Positions 12,388 through 25,205 of a DNA stretch of 64,000 nt are shown here, in pieces. The notes below the pieces were generated by a model. The model searched no databases. It saw nothing but the letters and a program-made list of their open reading frames with translations, and was not told where the DNA came from. The stretch's first letter is position 1. Every line of letters starts with the position of its first letter. Origin of the DNA: Hydrolagus colliei (lineage: Eukaryota); assembly GCA_035084275.1 (NCBI GenBank), contig CM068754.1, forward strand, positions 9,672,001-9,736,000, in the 5' to 3' direction. The translations under genes were made by a program, and so were the position numbers.

Positions 12388-14654
12388 TGAACCTCAACTT
12401 GAGGTTGAATTTGTTAAATTTTGGCTTGGACTTGTAATGTTTGCTGCCACATCTAAGTTTTTCTGACTTTTTGCTATAAACATTGGGGTTTACTTCTCTC
12501 TTTGTACATAGGGCAGATGCTCGCTGTTTACCTTCATGTCCTGTACTGAAGTTTACTCTATGCTTTTATGTTGGTCTTCAGACTTTCAGTCACCCCATAC
12601 TGGATTGGTTTTCCTACGCATGAACATCTCTATCTAATTTTCTAAGTACAGTATGTTGTAAGGACGTTCGAGTGAAGTATGCAAACCATAGTATCCTGTA
12701 CATTGTTACACTGGGAAACCCAGGCTCTGTTGAAAATGAAAAGGACTTTAGCAGTTCTCTAATTGTTTACCTGGACTTCATGATTTAAGGATTATAGTTA
12801 ATTAGAACATTCTGTAACTAAAGGAAATAGCTAAACATTTTTTTAAAACAGAACAGCTATTAATATTCCTTCCTACTGAAGTGAAACACTCAATAATACA
12901 TAATTTGGCATAGTGTATTTCCTACTTGAATTATATTGACCTTAAATCACTGCACAATGAATGCCTTTTGCACTTTCGAAGTATGCATTTACTATTCAAA
13001 ATGATTTTAAATTGATGCCTAATGTTGACTACTATGAACCAAAGAGTACAAAACAGTACAACATTCTTCATTTTTAGTTTTCTTGTAAGAAACATTTGAC
13101 GTTTGATTCACGGTGCATGTGGTACTGAAATACTACAGGCAGTATATATTTTTAAGGACATTATTTGATGGAAATAGCTTCCTGCTGGCAAAGGAATTCA
13201 CCACTAAAATGTTTGATGGACCTAAATGGGATACTAGAAGTAAATTAACAATGAAAGAAAATTATGAAAACCTTCACGTGTCATAAAGTGATTTCTTATT
13301 TGCTAAATTGGTATGACTTGAGCCTGTATTTTTAAGAATTATATCTTCCATTACCTACGAACAGTGGAGCATTCTGGCAAGCATCACAGGCCTTCCAGTC
13401 TCTCTATTACATCATTAAATAATGCTGTCACTGGAAATGGATTCTCAACGTGTCATTAAATGTTGGAGGGATTTCAGAATTCAATATTGTGCAATTTTCA
13501 ATTATTTCATCCTCACATATCTGAGTCTTTTTCATAATATCATTGTTGTAATATCTACTATACATTATGTAGCCTGTTTAGATAGATACACAAACTGTTT
13601 CAAGAGATGAGAGACTTATAATGTGGATGTTCACAATCGGAGTTCAGTGAAAATATGGGAAGAGGTGTTGAATTATTATGCGGCATCTAATGACCTTTTT
13701 CAGTTCACAGAGTTGATATGTAGGTAATTTGAGAAATAAAGAGGGAGGAAGCAACAAGTTATATTATGCAAGCTGGAAAGATTAAGAATACTCATTACAT
13801 ACACATAGGCACGCAAGCATATCTATCCAGTTATGAGAAACTCTAATAGGTATATGGATATGTATCAACAGTACTGTTATCAATGGAGTCAATTTTCTCA
13901 TGAATCAGTCTGGTGTGGAGAATTATCCACACATGACCTGAAACACAATGCCTAAATGTGATAATCAGAATGTTTAGGTAAGCTGTGCTTTTTCAGATAA
14001 AGTCTCATGTTTTGTTAAACTTTCTAATGCCTTGGAAATGTAATTAAACTTTTTATCTGATTATCTTGAGAGAAATTGAACGAGAAAATCAACCTTCCTA
14101 CTCCTGTATGTTCGAATGTCAGTACAATGGAAGGAGAATCACCTTGGTTAGTTAGGATCAGTTTGGTTAATTAAGTTGGAGAACAATTACAAGAAGAAAT
14201 TGTTTAGAACTAACAGTAACAGAACTATCTCTTGTTTTGTCAACCTGAGATATCTTTATTGCTCTTTGGGTGACTGGTTGGTTAGCTAATTTTCTGTGGT
14301 CACTTGGGGTTCAGCATCAAAACGAATTGGTTATTGTGATACTAGATAGCCTGACTGTCTGGGAAGAGTTTTTTTGGCTCACGATTTCCAAACTTGAATT
14401 GAGTCATTAAACTGCAGTAAACTTTAATAACTTGCTGCTGTAAGGGAAAAAGGTGTTCATTTTCTAAATATATATTTGGGTCAGCTGGGTATCTGACACA
14501 TCTGGAAAACCAACACCTAAGAATATCCAAACCAAATTGAGAGTTCCATGCACCTGTATGTGGAATTTCCTGTGAATTGGAATGGGATGCACACTCTCTC
14601 ACTGGAGGGACACTAAAACCATTCTGCTCATTAGTGCCTTCGATTGCAGGGTTA

Positions 14655-14760
14655 ACTAATAGCTGAGTGGGAAGAATTCTTGCCTCCAGTGACTGGTCTG
14701 GCCTTCCAAGTCCTACCAATGAGCTTGACTGTAATCAGTTGTGATCTGGAGTACTATACC
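14655..14760 (+). mobile_element. Highly degenerate tRNA-derived SINE head
   Basis: tagctgagtgggaagaattcttgcctcc...ccaagtcctacc resembles the head of the 29155 element. Confidence 0.4.
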
Positions 14761-17700
14761 GTGGACCCACCTGACTCAGGATATAGATTACTGACACCGT
14801 TATAGAAGGTTTGCTCAATTTGTACATTACAGTATTTTGCTTTTTGCTCACCTGAAGATGGCAGATGGATTTTGATCTTAACAAGTTATAATAATTCCTG
14901 GAATGATACTTCCATAGTCCGTAACTGGAGCTCCGTGTAATCTATGATTTTTGATTATCTTAATTAGGACAACAAGTTCCCATAATTTGAAGAAATTAAC
15001 AACCTGATGAGGTGCCCCGATACCGAGCCATTTTAAGTAAACCGCTTCAGTTAAAGTAATTTAAAATAAATGAAGTAAACATCAAAGGACACAGTGCAAT
15101 TCAATTAATTTACACATAGTTCAAAGATCCCAATGCTGAGGAGAAAAAACGTATAAAATAATAGTATGCAAATAATGGGGCAGGCATGACTTTTTACATT
15201 GCTCTACTTTAATAATCTTACCTAAATGGATCCTTACAATGGGGGTGGGGTGGAGATTGCTATAAAATTGAAATTTGGCAAGAAAATACATTTGTTATTG
15301 TTTGATATACAGTACATTGTTTTATCTGGTTTTCTTTTTATTCATGTTTTCTGCTCAAAACTGAATCAAAAAGTTGGCAGTCAAATGTAACCCTTCAAAT
15401 ATTAATAAGGCAAATCAAAGCACAAGTAATATTCTGCTGAGACTTGGACTGGTCAGTCCATGCTATGTCATTCAGTCTATGTTGTAAGTGGAAAACTAAC
15501 AACCCAAATAATTTCCCTATTCATTTCCACAGTAACTTCAAGATGAAAATGATTAAAACAAATACAGTCGCTCTGCTGGAATCATAGTTCGGCAATATTC
15601 TTTAATAACTGCAAATATAGCTCAGCGGAGAAAAAATAATCCAGTTTGCAGTTAAGACTCATTAGGCTGTATGAAACATTCTGCAAGAGACTAGTATTTA
15701 ATTACAGCTTGTACTTTTGGCTGGAAGATATAGATCCTGCACAGGCTCACAATCTCCCTCCCCCAAGGCTACAAACATCAGTTACTAGAAGAACCTTCAT
15801 TAATCCTGCACAGCGTACTGCACCATGTGATTTGGCACCAAGTAATTAATAGGCTTTCGCATCTCAGTATTCACTGATACTGTTAACTAGGTGTAAAACA
15901 GGGTTCCTTTGTTGCACAGCATGAAAAGTCACTGGACTGATACATTACTGAGCATTGCATGAAGCCTGTTTATGCTGGAGTTTTGGGTGCATGCCACTGG
16001 AAGGCAATATAACATCTGGTAAAAATCCATTCCTTAACTAATCACAAGAGCACATAAAAGAATTAAACAATGAATGTATATTAATTAACCCTGTGAATAC
16101 TGGATTACAGGATTCAATATTCAGAAAGTCAGCATCCTTTATTCCCACACGTTTCCCAAAACAAGAATTTTGGGGGAAATATTACACAATGTGTGGTCAA
16201 TGGTCAAATATCCTTACATCTGATAAATTTAGAGTAGAAAATGTTAACTGTGAGTTACCATTTCAATCCAACATACAAATACTATCCTAGTACAGTACTT
16301 GGGGTCAATACTAGTTCATATTCAAATCAATTGCCTGATGCAAAATTACCTGCTATTGTATATTAACCTGGGGGCAAATTATGTTTTACATATAACTTCA
16401 AGTAATAAGGCTGCTAGAAAATATGATTAACAGGGACCTGTTGTATTTAGTTTACTTCGCACTATTTTCCTCTACATGCTTCGTGACATCCCAAAAATAT
16501 CTGAAGGCACAGGATAGGAGATGGTGCTGCTGCTTAGACCCTAATTCTATCAGTACAGCTAGTAGATTTACCAGCAATAAGGGCAATTCAAGCAGAGTAA
16601 ATAAAGTCAATCCTTGTTTTACTTGAATTGGAATAACTGGTTTCCAGTGGCATTTTCATCTGGTGCCATTGACTCAACACATCCAGTTAAGATAAATGAT
16701 TTACAATGAAAGGCAGGCATGGGACCTAATGCAACGTCTTTTAGTTGGGAATGAATTACTGAACTACTTTTCCCTAACTTTCTTTCCAATTTAATTATGC
16801 TGTCAACAAACTCTTCAGTGACAGTCGATACTTTTAGTATATCTGGTGAATACTGCTGAAGAGGAAAGGCTGTGACTTTGAATTAACTTTACATTGTGCA
16901 GAAAACAAGGATTAGACCTCAATGTGCTTGGTTTAATCTATTTTTACATTGACATTATAGACCAGATTTCAAATAAATGTGTGCAATGCAAATGGGAAAA
17001 CCTGAATTTGCTGCGTGTATATCCTTTGATCTTCAGATTGCAATGTCTGGATCTTGTACAGTATATGTTTGACTTGTCATTATGTTTGATTTATTTTCAG
17101 TCAAACGCTATACCATTTCAACAAATCTACAGAACTTATTAAAATAATATCTCTTAAGAAGATGGTTTGGCTTTTAGCAAGAACTACACATCTGTACTTG
17201 ATTTCTTTCCATGCCTAATTTTTAATTTATTTGCTGGCAAATACAGAAGGAAACTATATTAAGGGAAAAAGGCAAATATTTAGGTTTTGTCTGTGCCTTA
17301 AGGCAAGCACAATGCTGCGGTGGAGGTGTAAAGAAATATGAGGCGCCATACAGGAAATAATCTAAGAAATGATTCTTGGCACTATTGATTTGGTTTGAAT
17401 ATTTATTTGTTTGTTTGGTGTTTTGAAACCATTGTTTTTATTTTGTCTTGCATGGTGCCTGATATCAAAAAGCTCATTCACATGCTCAATAACTTCTGTG
17501 CAGCCTACAGTGAAATTATGACTGCCTAAAGGCCCAGAAAAAAATGGTTTGGGAAAGAATTGGCTGCAACATTAACGGAGGGTTGAAAATAATCTTTGTG
17601 ATTTGAAAGTAGTGGTCTTTCGTAGCAGGTGGTCCTTTTATGAAGGAGATTTCAATACTTTTAATGGCTTGTTTCACAAAGCCAAAATGCAGTTCAAATG

Positions 17701-18277
17701 TAGCACTCAAAATGAGGTAGCGATGGGAACTGTCACGTTCATTCCATCCACTGCATAGAGATGACTTTTCAAATCCAACAATGAAAACACGGCTCTGACG
17801 TCTAAAATCTGATGTTTGCAAATCTGATTCGTCAACGGCAAATGCTGTATGGTGAGATTTGCCAAACGATGGATCACCAGTCAGAGGTCTGGCTGATATT
17901 TCATTTCCGAGCCTTGTTATAGACTTTAAGTATGGTCGATTCCTAAATTCAAATGTTCTAATCGTTGTTTGCAATTTACCTTTTAAGCAAATTTCACAAC
18001 CCATTAGTCACCAACTAGAAGGGGCAATTAACCCAGGATTCCAGATTGTAAATGTTGTATTGTAGTCCCCAATATGAATGTTACTAAAATGCAATATAAA
18101 TTTTAATAATGTATTTTTTCAGCCAGTAGATAAAATTATCTGATAGTTATTGAAAAAAGTATTGAAAAAAAGTGGAAACTTTCATATGATTTTGGCTTTG
18201 CCAAATACTTCTCATTATTTATAATATATACGCAACAATCACTGAAAAGCAATAAGAAATAGCACCTATTTAATTTA

Positions 18278-18380
18278 TCTGCCAACAAAGACAGTCACTA
18301 CATTTCAGTAAAAATCCTGTGAAGTGTTTTTAGGCCTCTTTTGACATGATAAACCACCATATCAAATGCAATGATTACTT
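18278..18380 (+). mobile_element. Degenerate SINE 3' end
   Basis: cctgtgaagtgttttt...catatcaaatgcaatgattact. Confidence 0.6.
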
Positions 18381-19235
18381 ACTTATATATAAATACAAAA
18401 GTAAAGATGGGAACACTTGAGTTTAAAAATATACCTGATAAAACATTATAAAATCTGATCAATCCGATGCGATGCATTTTTAATTTCAGTGCCCATCATT
18501 ATACGTCCATATTATATGCACATTAATGTTCACTGTACAGCTGAAAAATAATGTGAGCAGCTTTTAGGACAACCATGCAATAATACTGCTTTAAACCTAT
18601 ACTTATGACCGATTTACTTGGCAGCACTGATCTAGTATTATTCTGTGTGTTTGGACTTCAACGGCTACTGGAAAGGGTTCAAAACACAATTGCTTTGACT
18701 TCATAATCCACTTTCTTTCCATTTTGCAGGAGCAGTAGATGTTGCTTCATGCCATGTGTTATTTGCTAGGATATCTTGTTTTAAAGTTGGAAGACAACTG
18801 TGTCTTAACTGGTAATATTCTGTGGATGTTAATGATAATTCTTCATTTTAAGAAAGCAGTAATTTACTCCAGTAAAAATGAAAAAAACAATAAGTAACCA
18901 CGGTTAATTATACCTTAGTGGATGGCACCACACGAGATGTTCCAGAACATGTTTAAAAGCTAACTCATGGAATAAACAGAAAGTTACGCCATTGTCAATG
19001 TGTTATGGGAGGTTATTTGCTTGGTTACACTATCATCGAAATATTTCTACAGAACACAATGATTATAATGTAGGGATTTTTTATATCTGAAAATCCTATT
19101 CACTTTTAATGCAGCCACTGGTGCAAATTCCTACCTATTTAGAAATGTTCTAAAAGTATAACTGCATAAAAATCTTCCAGATTTCTTTATACAAGGGAAA
19201 CTATCCTTCGAAAAATCAAAGATGCATATAATAAA

Positions 19236-19298
19236 CTAATAATTCTTGGATTTGATATAGAGCCTTATCATGTCATCAAGGCTTCTCAAAGCTCCTTA
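19236..19298 (-). mobile_element. SINE 3' tail
   Basis: aataattcttggatttgatatagagccttatcatgtc...tctcaaagctc. Confidence 0.65.
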
Positions 19299-19349
19299 AA
19301 TATAATGACTGTGTATGGCATGGAGTGCACACGCTGACATTACATCTTA

Positions 19350-19610
19350 GCAGGGCAAAACCTTGGGCAAGTTTCATTACTCTACATGCCTGCTAATAAT
19401 CTCTCAAGAAATAAATAATAAATTGGTCACTTCAATCCATGACTTTTTGTGGTACACTGTTGTGCAAAATTGGCCGTCGCGTTTCACCCATGAATATACA
19501 GTGATTTCACCTTACTGTATATTCCGTGAAGCACTTTGAGACGTCTAGAAGATGTGAAAGTGCTATATCAAAATGCAAGGATTGTTATTTTTATTTTATT
19601 ATTTATTTTT
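19350..19610 (+). mobile_element. SINE, head truncated
   Basis: agggcaaaaccttgggcaagtttc, Deu core, tail gtgaagcactttgagacgtctagaagatgtgaaagtgctatatc. Confidence 0.92.
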
Positions 19611-20513
19611 GTCTAGAAGACTTAAGAGTGCACTATTTATTGAGTTTATCACTTTTTAAATGAAGACCGAATTCCCAAAAGGAAAAATTTTGGGAGGTGA
19701 AAAATATGTCAAATAAATTGCTTCCTTAAAATAGGTTGAGCCAAAATGATAACTTCACGTGGCCTATATCAGGTTTCCTATAAGAATTGTTTATTAATGG
19801 AAAGATAGGAACATCTAAGCCACCGTATTAAATTCAAACCACAATACCTGATGGTGACCCACTGAGCAGCCTGCTTGTTTATTCTGAATGCACAACTATT
19901 TCACAATTTACTTATTACTCACAATAATTCTGAACAAATTCTATTCCACTTCAGAATTATTCCTTGATCTGAAGACTGAATCCCCTCAAGAAGACTGCAG
20001 AACCCTTCCTGCAAACCTCGAGGGATTTGATGCAGGAAAACTTTCCACCAGCAGTCGTATAATAATTTTAACACACTGACCTTTTGTTTAGTGCTGCGTT
20101 TTTGCCAACCTCCAATAATGGGTATCCAACGGTAGGACATGGTGGCAGAACAGTTCCAAAGTAACAGCTCTATTTGGCCAGATGTTTGCATATGCACAGC
20201 TATGATTGACATTTATTTCAGTAAGCCATATATGAATTGAAAGTGTGAATTTGGCTCCGTATAACGAAACCGTTAAAATTTACATGAGGTGGGATTTGAT
20301 TTATTTCAATCTACTTTTAATGCTACATTTATCAGATTAGAAAATATATCTGACTGGCAAAGAAAATTGTTTGGTTTTCAGAAGGTTTTGTACTTGATGT
20401 ACGAAGGTTTTTGAACTTAATGTGAATGGTTTTAAGTCCCTCTGTACCACATCATTTGTAACAGTGGTTAATCTAGTGTGATTAGCAGATGGAAGTCAAC
20501 CTGTTCTATGCTT

Positions 20514-20715
20514 TAATAATAATAATAATAATAATACTCCTTGCATTTGATTTAATGCTTTTCACGTTTTCTAGAAGTCTCAAAGTGCTTCATAGAATAC
20601 ACTGTAAAGTGAACTCACTGTATATTTGTGGGCGAAATGCGGCAGTCAATTGTGTACAGCAATGCCCCATAATCCAGTTGTGGATTTAAGTGACCAATTC
20701 ATTATTTATTATTGC
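20514..20715 (-). mobile_element. SINE 3' half
   Basis: (aat)n tail and reverse complement of the tail and Deu core. Confidence 0.9.
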
Positions 20716-22099
20716 TATGCTGGCAATGTCCAACGTGGAATACAACAGAACATTTGATGACAAGCCTCATATGTCACTTTTTATTCTATTCTCTGAAGTA
20801 TATTTGATTGGTCTGACAAGTATGTTTATGTTGCTAGTTAAACATGTACCACCTAGATTGACAAAGTGCTGCAAATTAAACAAACAAATCAATTTACCCT
20901 TTTTCTGGGTATACCTTCACTTAATAAAGTAATTTTCATGAGCCACTAAAGTATTCTTCATTATGATAGTAATGACATCTTAATATTCAAATCTAAAGAT
21001 CTAAATTCAATTTACTCTTTGTGAAAGCTGATAAAGGTCATGTCTAATAAAACTGTGTCGAGTGAGGAATGAAATACACTCATTCTGTGAGAATAAGCTA
21101 ACCATCTTTACCTTGAATTTTTTTTTCCTGGCTTAATTAGGACTCATTTAAAAACAATATTAAAAAGCTGTATATTAATAATGGAAAATGTAAAGATATT
21201 TCAGGTCATTTATAGTTTACTTCTTAGAAAAAAAGTTCATTCTGCTCTGCTTATTGTTAATTGGTTATTTTCTGCATGGTGTTGTATTGTTCCAATGCAT
21301 CAGTTTATTGCATGATATTTTCACTGGGTTTTGCTACATTTTACTTTCAAATGTAAAATGTTTAAAATCAAAGCTTCATGAAAATTATGACATAAATATC
21401 ATCATAGCATTCAGCTCATTTTAAAGTTTTGAAATGCTTGATCAAAAGAAATGGTCCTATTATTTGAAGACGAGCAGTTACTACAATAGTAATTGGTAGA
21501 GATCAACCGTGGTTAATGCAAAACTTGTTTGCTAAGAAAATGTTACGCTTGGATCAGGAAAATCTTATTAGGAGTTCTAAAATTCTAGATCAAAATAGCA
21601 AATTTGCATATCCTGTTACTATACCTCATTTGATCATTCATTCAGCAAATGGGATCTAAACAAAACCAGAATGCTCTTAAAAGGGCAAAGCGTGCAATAA
21701 AAAAGATTGCTTGGCAAACCTGCTTAGTTTGTTTGCCAAGTATTCAGGTAGTCTGATGCAAATTGCATCAAAGCTTTGCCGGTTCCAAAAAATGGCATTG
21801 GGCATGACATTTTCATGAAATTGAGGCACAATATTAGATTTGTCTTAAATTTGTTTCTTAAAACACAACAGTGTACATCTGCTTTAACAATAGCATTCAT
21901 TTTATACAATATACTGTCTGAAAGTGCAATTCAAGAGCATTTACAAAGCATAATTTGATACATTTCCTGGCTGATTAGTGTAAGCAGCATTTAATATAGT
22001 AATTCTGTTGTTTTAAAGCACTTTTTTAAATATCAAAAGTAATCGTTCATGATATCAAGATTATACTTAAGGAATTAGATTATTATCTATTTTGTTATT

Positions 22100-22675
22100 G
22101 GTTTCATTGCAGATTTTCACGTGTGTCCCATGTGGTCCAGTTGTTCTGTAGTCAATTAATTGGATGAGTTAGCAGCATGTGGGAAAGCAACAGTATTGGA
22201 TTTTGTTTCCAATATTCTAAAAAGAGTATTGTCATGAAGGTACTTAAAATCCTAAGAGATCTAAAGTGAGTTGAAAATGAGTGCAGAGAGGAGACTGTCA
22301 GTGTATTAAATGCTTATTTCTTAAGGATTTGCGCAAGGAAGATTCTAAAAAATATGATGTCCAACATGTCACGTTAGCTTCAGAACTTTGACATTCGAAA
22401 AAAAAAGTTCTACACAGGCTCAAGGGGCTGAAAAACAACAAATCCCCTGGGATGGATGAGCTCAATGGGATATAAAAAGTAAACCCACACAATACTTTCA
22501 GATAAAGCAAGGAAGAGAGACAAAAGGGTGCAGGATCAGAATGTGAATGGTAGGTTTAACAGATGCCAGGAAACGTTTCTTTACACAGAGTCATAGTAAG
22601 ATGGTTCAGTTGGTATTCTGGAAGCTTGAAATGAAATGGGCCAAAGGGCATTCTTCATCCAAATTTCTCTTGTAA
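22100..22675 (+). mobile_element. Degraded CR1 LINE 3' end
   Basis: DARKRFFTQ (cf. DVRKHFFTQRVV) at ~22562 and tail aaatgggccaaagggcattcttcatcc, shared with 60725-60866. Confidence 0.65.
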
Positions 22676-22739
22676 AGCTTTTGAGTTTCTTTCCCAAACA
22701 TCTTTTTACTGCCCCCCTACTTATTTGATAGATACCTGA

Positions 22740-24010
22740 CCTTGATTAATTGGATTTGGAATTTTGTCATATCTTCATTCATTGTGAAGTTAATTTAACA
22801 GACCTTTCATTTCCTGATTCCCGTAATACTTCCCTTCAAGGACGTATCTGATCTTAAATATTCTACCTGCTTTAAACATTGCTAAAATATTTTTGATTTC
22901 TCTGGTTCTATTCCTTTATTCTTTTTAAATCTTGGATTATGTCTCCCTAATCTTTTTCTAATGAATGGATTTAGGTCCCTTAGCCTCTCCTTGTAAATCA
23001 AAGGTCGAAACTCTGGAAAGTAGATATTCCCTACTTTGAATTCTCATCATTGTTTCTTTGTCTCTTGACAAAGTAACCAGAAGTGAACCCAAAACACTTC
23101 ATATTTTTTTAGTGTGTTATGACGTGTTTTATTTTTTTTTGCAAATTATGAGTGATTACGTATCATTTACTGCATTCTTTTAATAGCTGGTGTCTACATT
23201 TGGATGATTCTTTCATTATTTAGCCCATTTTAATACTTAGATTTTTTCTTACCTTTAGTACAACTAAATATGTAATTATATTTGATGCAAATGTGCCATA
23301 TTTATATTTTCTTATATGTTCTGGAGTTAAATAATCATTCTCATTTTCCTGTGTAAATGATGTAGTCTATAGATTTTTCTCAGATATTTTCTACATTCTC
23401 ACAAAACATTGACATTTTCAGACTTCAACATTCTGCGTACTATAATTTCAAAGAGGTCATTGTTGCATATTATGAACAGTAGGGATCTAAGGCTGATCTC
23501 TGGGGCAAACATTGGTTATTGCTCTTCAATTACAGTTATCAACATTTATAACTACCCTCTGTTTCCTATTATGTAGTCAAATAATAATCCAGTTTACAAC
23601 CTCATTTTAGATCCCCTGAGCTTTTCTTTAGCCATGCATTCCTGGGAAGGAGTTTATCAAATTCTTCTGAAAATTAAGCTATACATAACATCAACTACCA
23701 ACTAACCTTGGTACATCTTCAAAAAAATTCCATTACATTTGTTTTTTTCTCACTCTCCTTAGATGCACTTCAATTGTTTTCCTTGTCCTTAACTCTAACA
23801 TTTTTCCCTGTCAAATTAACAGGACTGTATTTTTGACCTTTTTTGTTAAAAAAAAGATTGAAACAACATTAGCTACGCAGCGCTCTGATGCCACTCCCGC
23901 AGCAAATGAACTGAAATAAAACATGTGTGCTGCAACACCTCTTACCACTGCCCTCGTTTCTTGGATGCACTCCAACTGATCCGGGCGACTTATGAATATT
24001 TAAATACTCC
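22740..24010 (-). mobile_element. Degraded CR1 LINE RT region
   Basis: Minus-strand HKSPGSVGVHPR, ANVVSI, KYSPVNLT, RKQRVVIN, PQRSALDPLLFIICNNDL, YKERLRDLN in CR1 ORF2 order. Confidence 0.88.
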
Positions 24011-24169
24011 TGGTCTGACTCTTACTCTGGGTGGTAACCCAAAGCAGAGCTTCCACCAGATGTTTCAGAACATTTCAGTGGTAGTTGCTGCTCAGATATT
24101 TTTCTTTTGGCTTCTAAAGCTACCGAGTTACTTTCAGACTCCCTGAGCGTCCTAAAAAAACCCACAAAA

Positions 24170-24270
24170 AATCGTGCATGTTGAAATGCCTCAAAACATT
24201 TCAAGGGAAATTTCTGTTGTGTGTAGTAACTGTTCTGTAGGAATGGCAGCAGTCATTTATTTATTTGCAC
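24170..24270 (-). mobile_element. Old Deu-SINE 3' fragment
   Basis: gcctcaaaacatttca...tgtagtaactgttctgtaggaatggcagc...tttgcac. Confidence 0.5.
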
Positions 24271-24499
24271 CGGCGAGAACTGCTTCATAGGGTCTATAAT
24301 ATTGCGACAAGGGCATAATGGTGAAATAATGCCAAATCTGACTTCACTTTTACGCTTACCGTTATACCTACTCTCAAACCTTACAAACCCGTTCATTCTT
24401 CAGCCTTCCTGCCCCCATTTTCTGGAACTCCATCCCAGAGCTATAAGACTAGTACGTCCCTCAACTCCATCAGATCAACCACAAGATTTTTCTCTTTGG

Positions 24500-25109
24500 C
24501 TTTTCGGGGTGCGCGCGCATTTGGGGCCTATCTCCTCAGGAGGTAAATATCTTTCTCTCTCTGTGTCTCTCACACTCACTCTCTCCATCTCTGTGTTTTT
24601 CTGTCTGTGTCTCTTTCCTCTCTCACATCCCCCCATCTCTATCTATCTGTATATTATCACATCCACCCTGTCTCTCCCCCCACACGCACCCCACCCCGCT
24701 GCCGTCCCTCTCTCCTCCCCCCCCCCCCGCTGCTGTCCCTCTCTCCCAACCCCACACCCGCCGTCTCTCTCCCCCCCCCCACAGCCGTCTCTCTCCCCCT
24801 CCCCCCCCCTTCCCCCCCCCCAGCCGTCTCTCTCCCCCTCCCCCCCACCCTCCCAGCCGTCTCTCTCCCCTCACCCCTTGCATACCTGTAAATTGTATTC
24901 GAGGACTATGAATACAATATGGCGGCTTTGCACCTCGGTCTGTGCATTGTGTATAGAGATGAGCATTCTGGGTCTTGTAGTTCAGTGTGCGCGCATTCCG
25001 ATTTTTTCCCTCGTTTCGATATATCGATATTTTTGAAATGCCTATATCGGCGTATCGATATGAAAATTATATCGGGTTTAGCGATATATCGATATATCGC
25101 TGGACCCTA
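24500..25109. mobile_element. CpG-rich non-autonomous hAT(Ac)-like element; one clear end
   Basis: Right end reads TAGGGTCCAGCGATATATCG on the minus strand, with subterminal ATATCG repeats; it abuts a truncated SINE. The left TIR is not convincing (only TAGGGTC at 24288) and no exact TSD was found. Confidence 0.6.
24660..24875. repeat. C-rich minisatellite (unit ~cagccgtctctctccccctccccc)
   Basis: About six imperfect units; explains the Pro/Gly-rich ORFs at 24302-25036. Confidence 0.9.
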
Positions 25110-25205
25110 GTGCACAGCAGTATCCCACAAACAGTCGTGGATTGAAATGACCAATTTTTATTATTGTGTTTTTTTTCAGGGATTAATATTAGGTGCGTGG
25201 AGTAA
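25110..25205 (-). mobile_element. SINE fragment (Deu core), cut at the hAT-like end
   Basis: gtgcacagcagtatcccacaaacagtcgtggattgaaatgaccaatt...gtggagtaa. Confidence 0.85.

Noticed and set aside
12390-12720. Possible Gypsy 5' LTR (tgttaca at ~12704)
   Set aside because: No second copy, PBS or TSD identified.
14840-14865. AG|GT recursive-splice-like motifs on minus (also ~7950)
   Set aside because: Short pyrimidine tracts and unknown host orientation.
18730-18811. Exon-like segment ttttgcag|...|gtaata
   Set aside because: Weak donor, no recognisable peptide, no partner exon.
24302-25036. 244-aa Pro/Ser-rich ORF and overlapping Gly-rich ORFs
   Set aside because: They arise from CT and C-rich low-complexity repeats plus an L2 scrap; no coding evidence.
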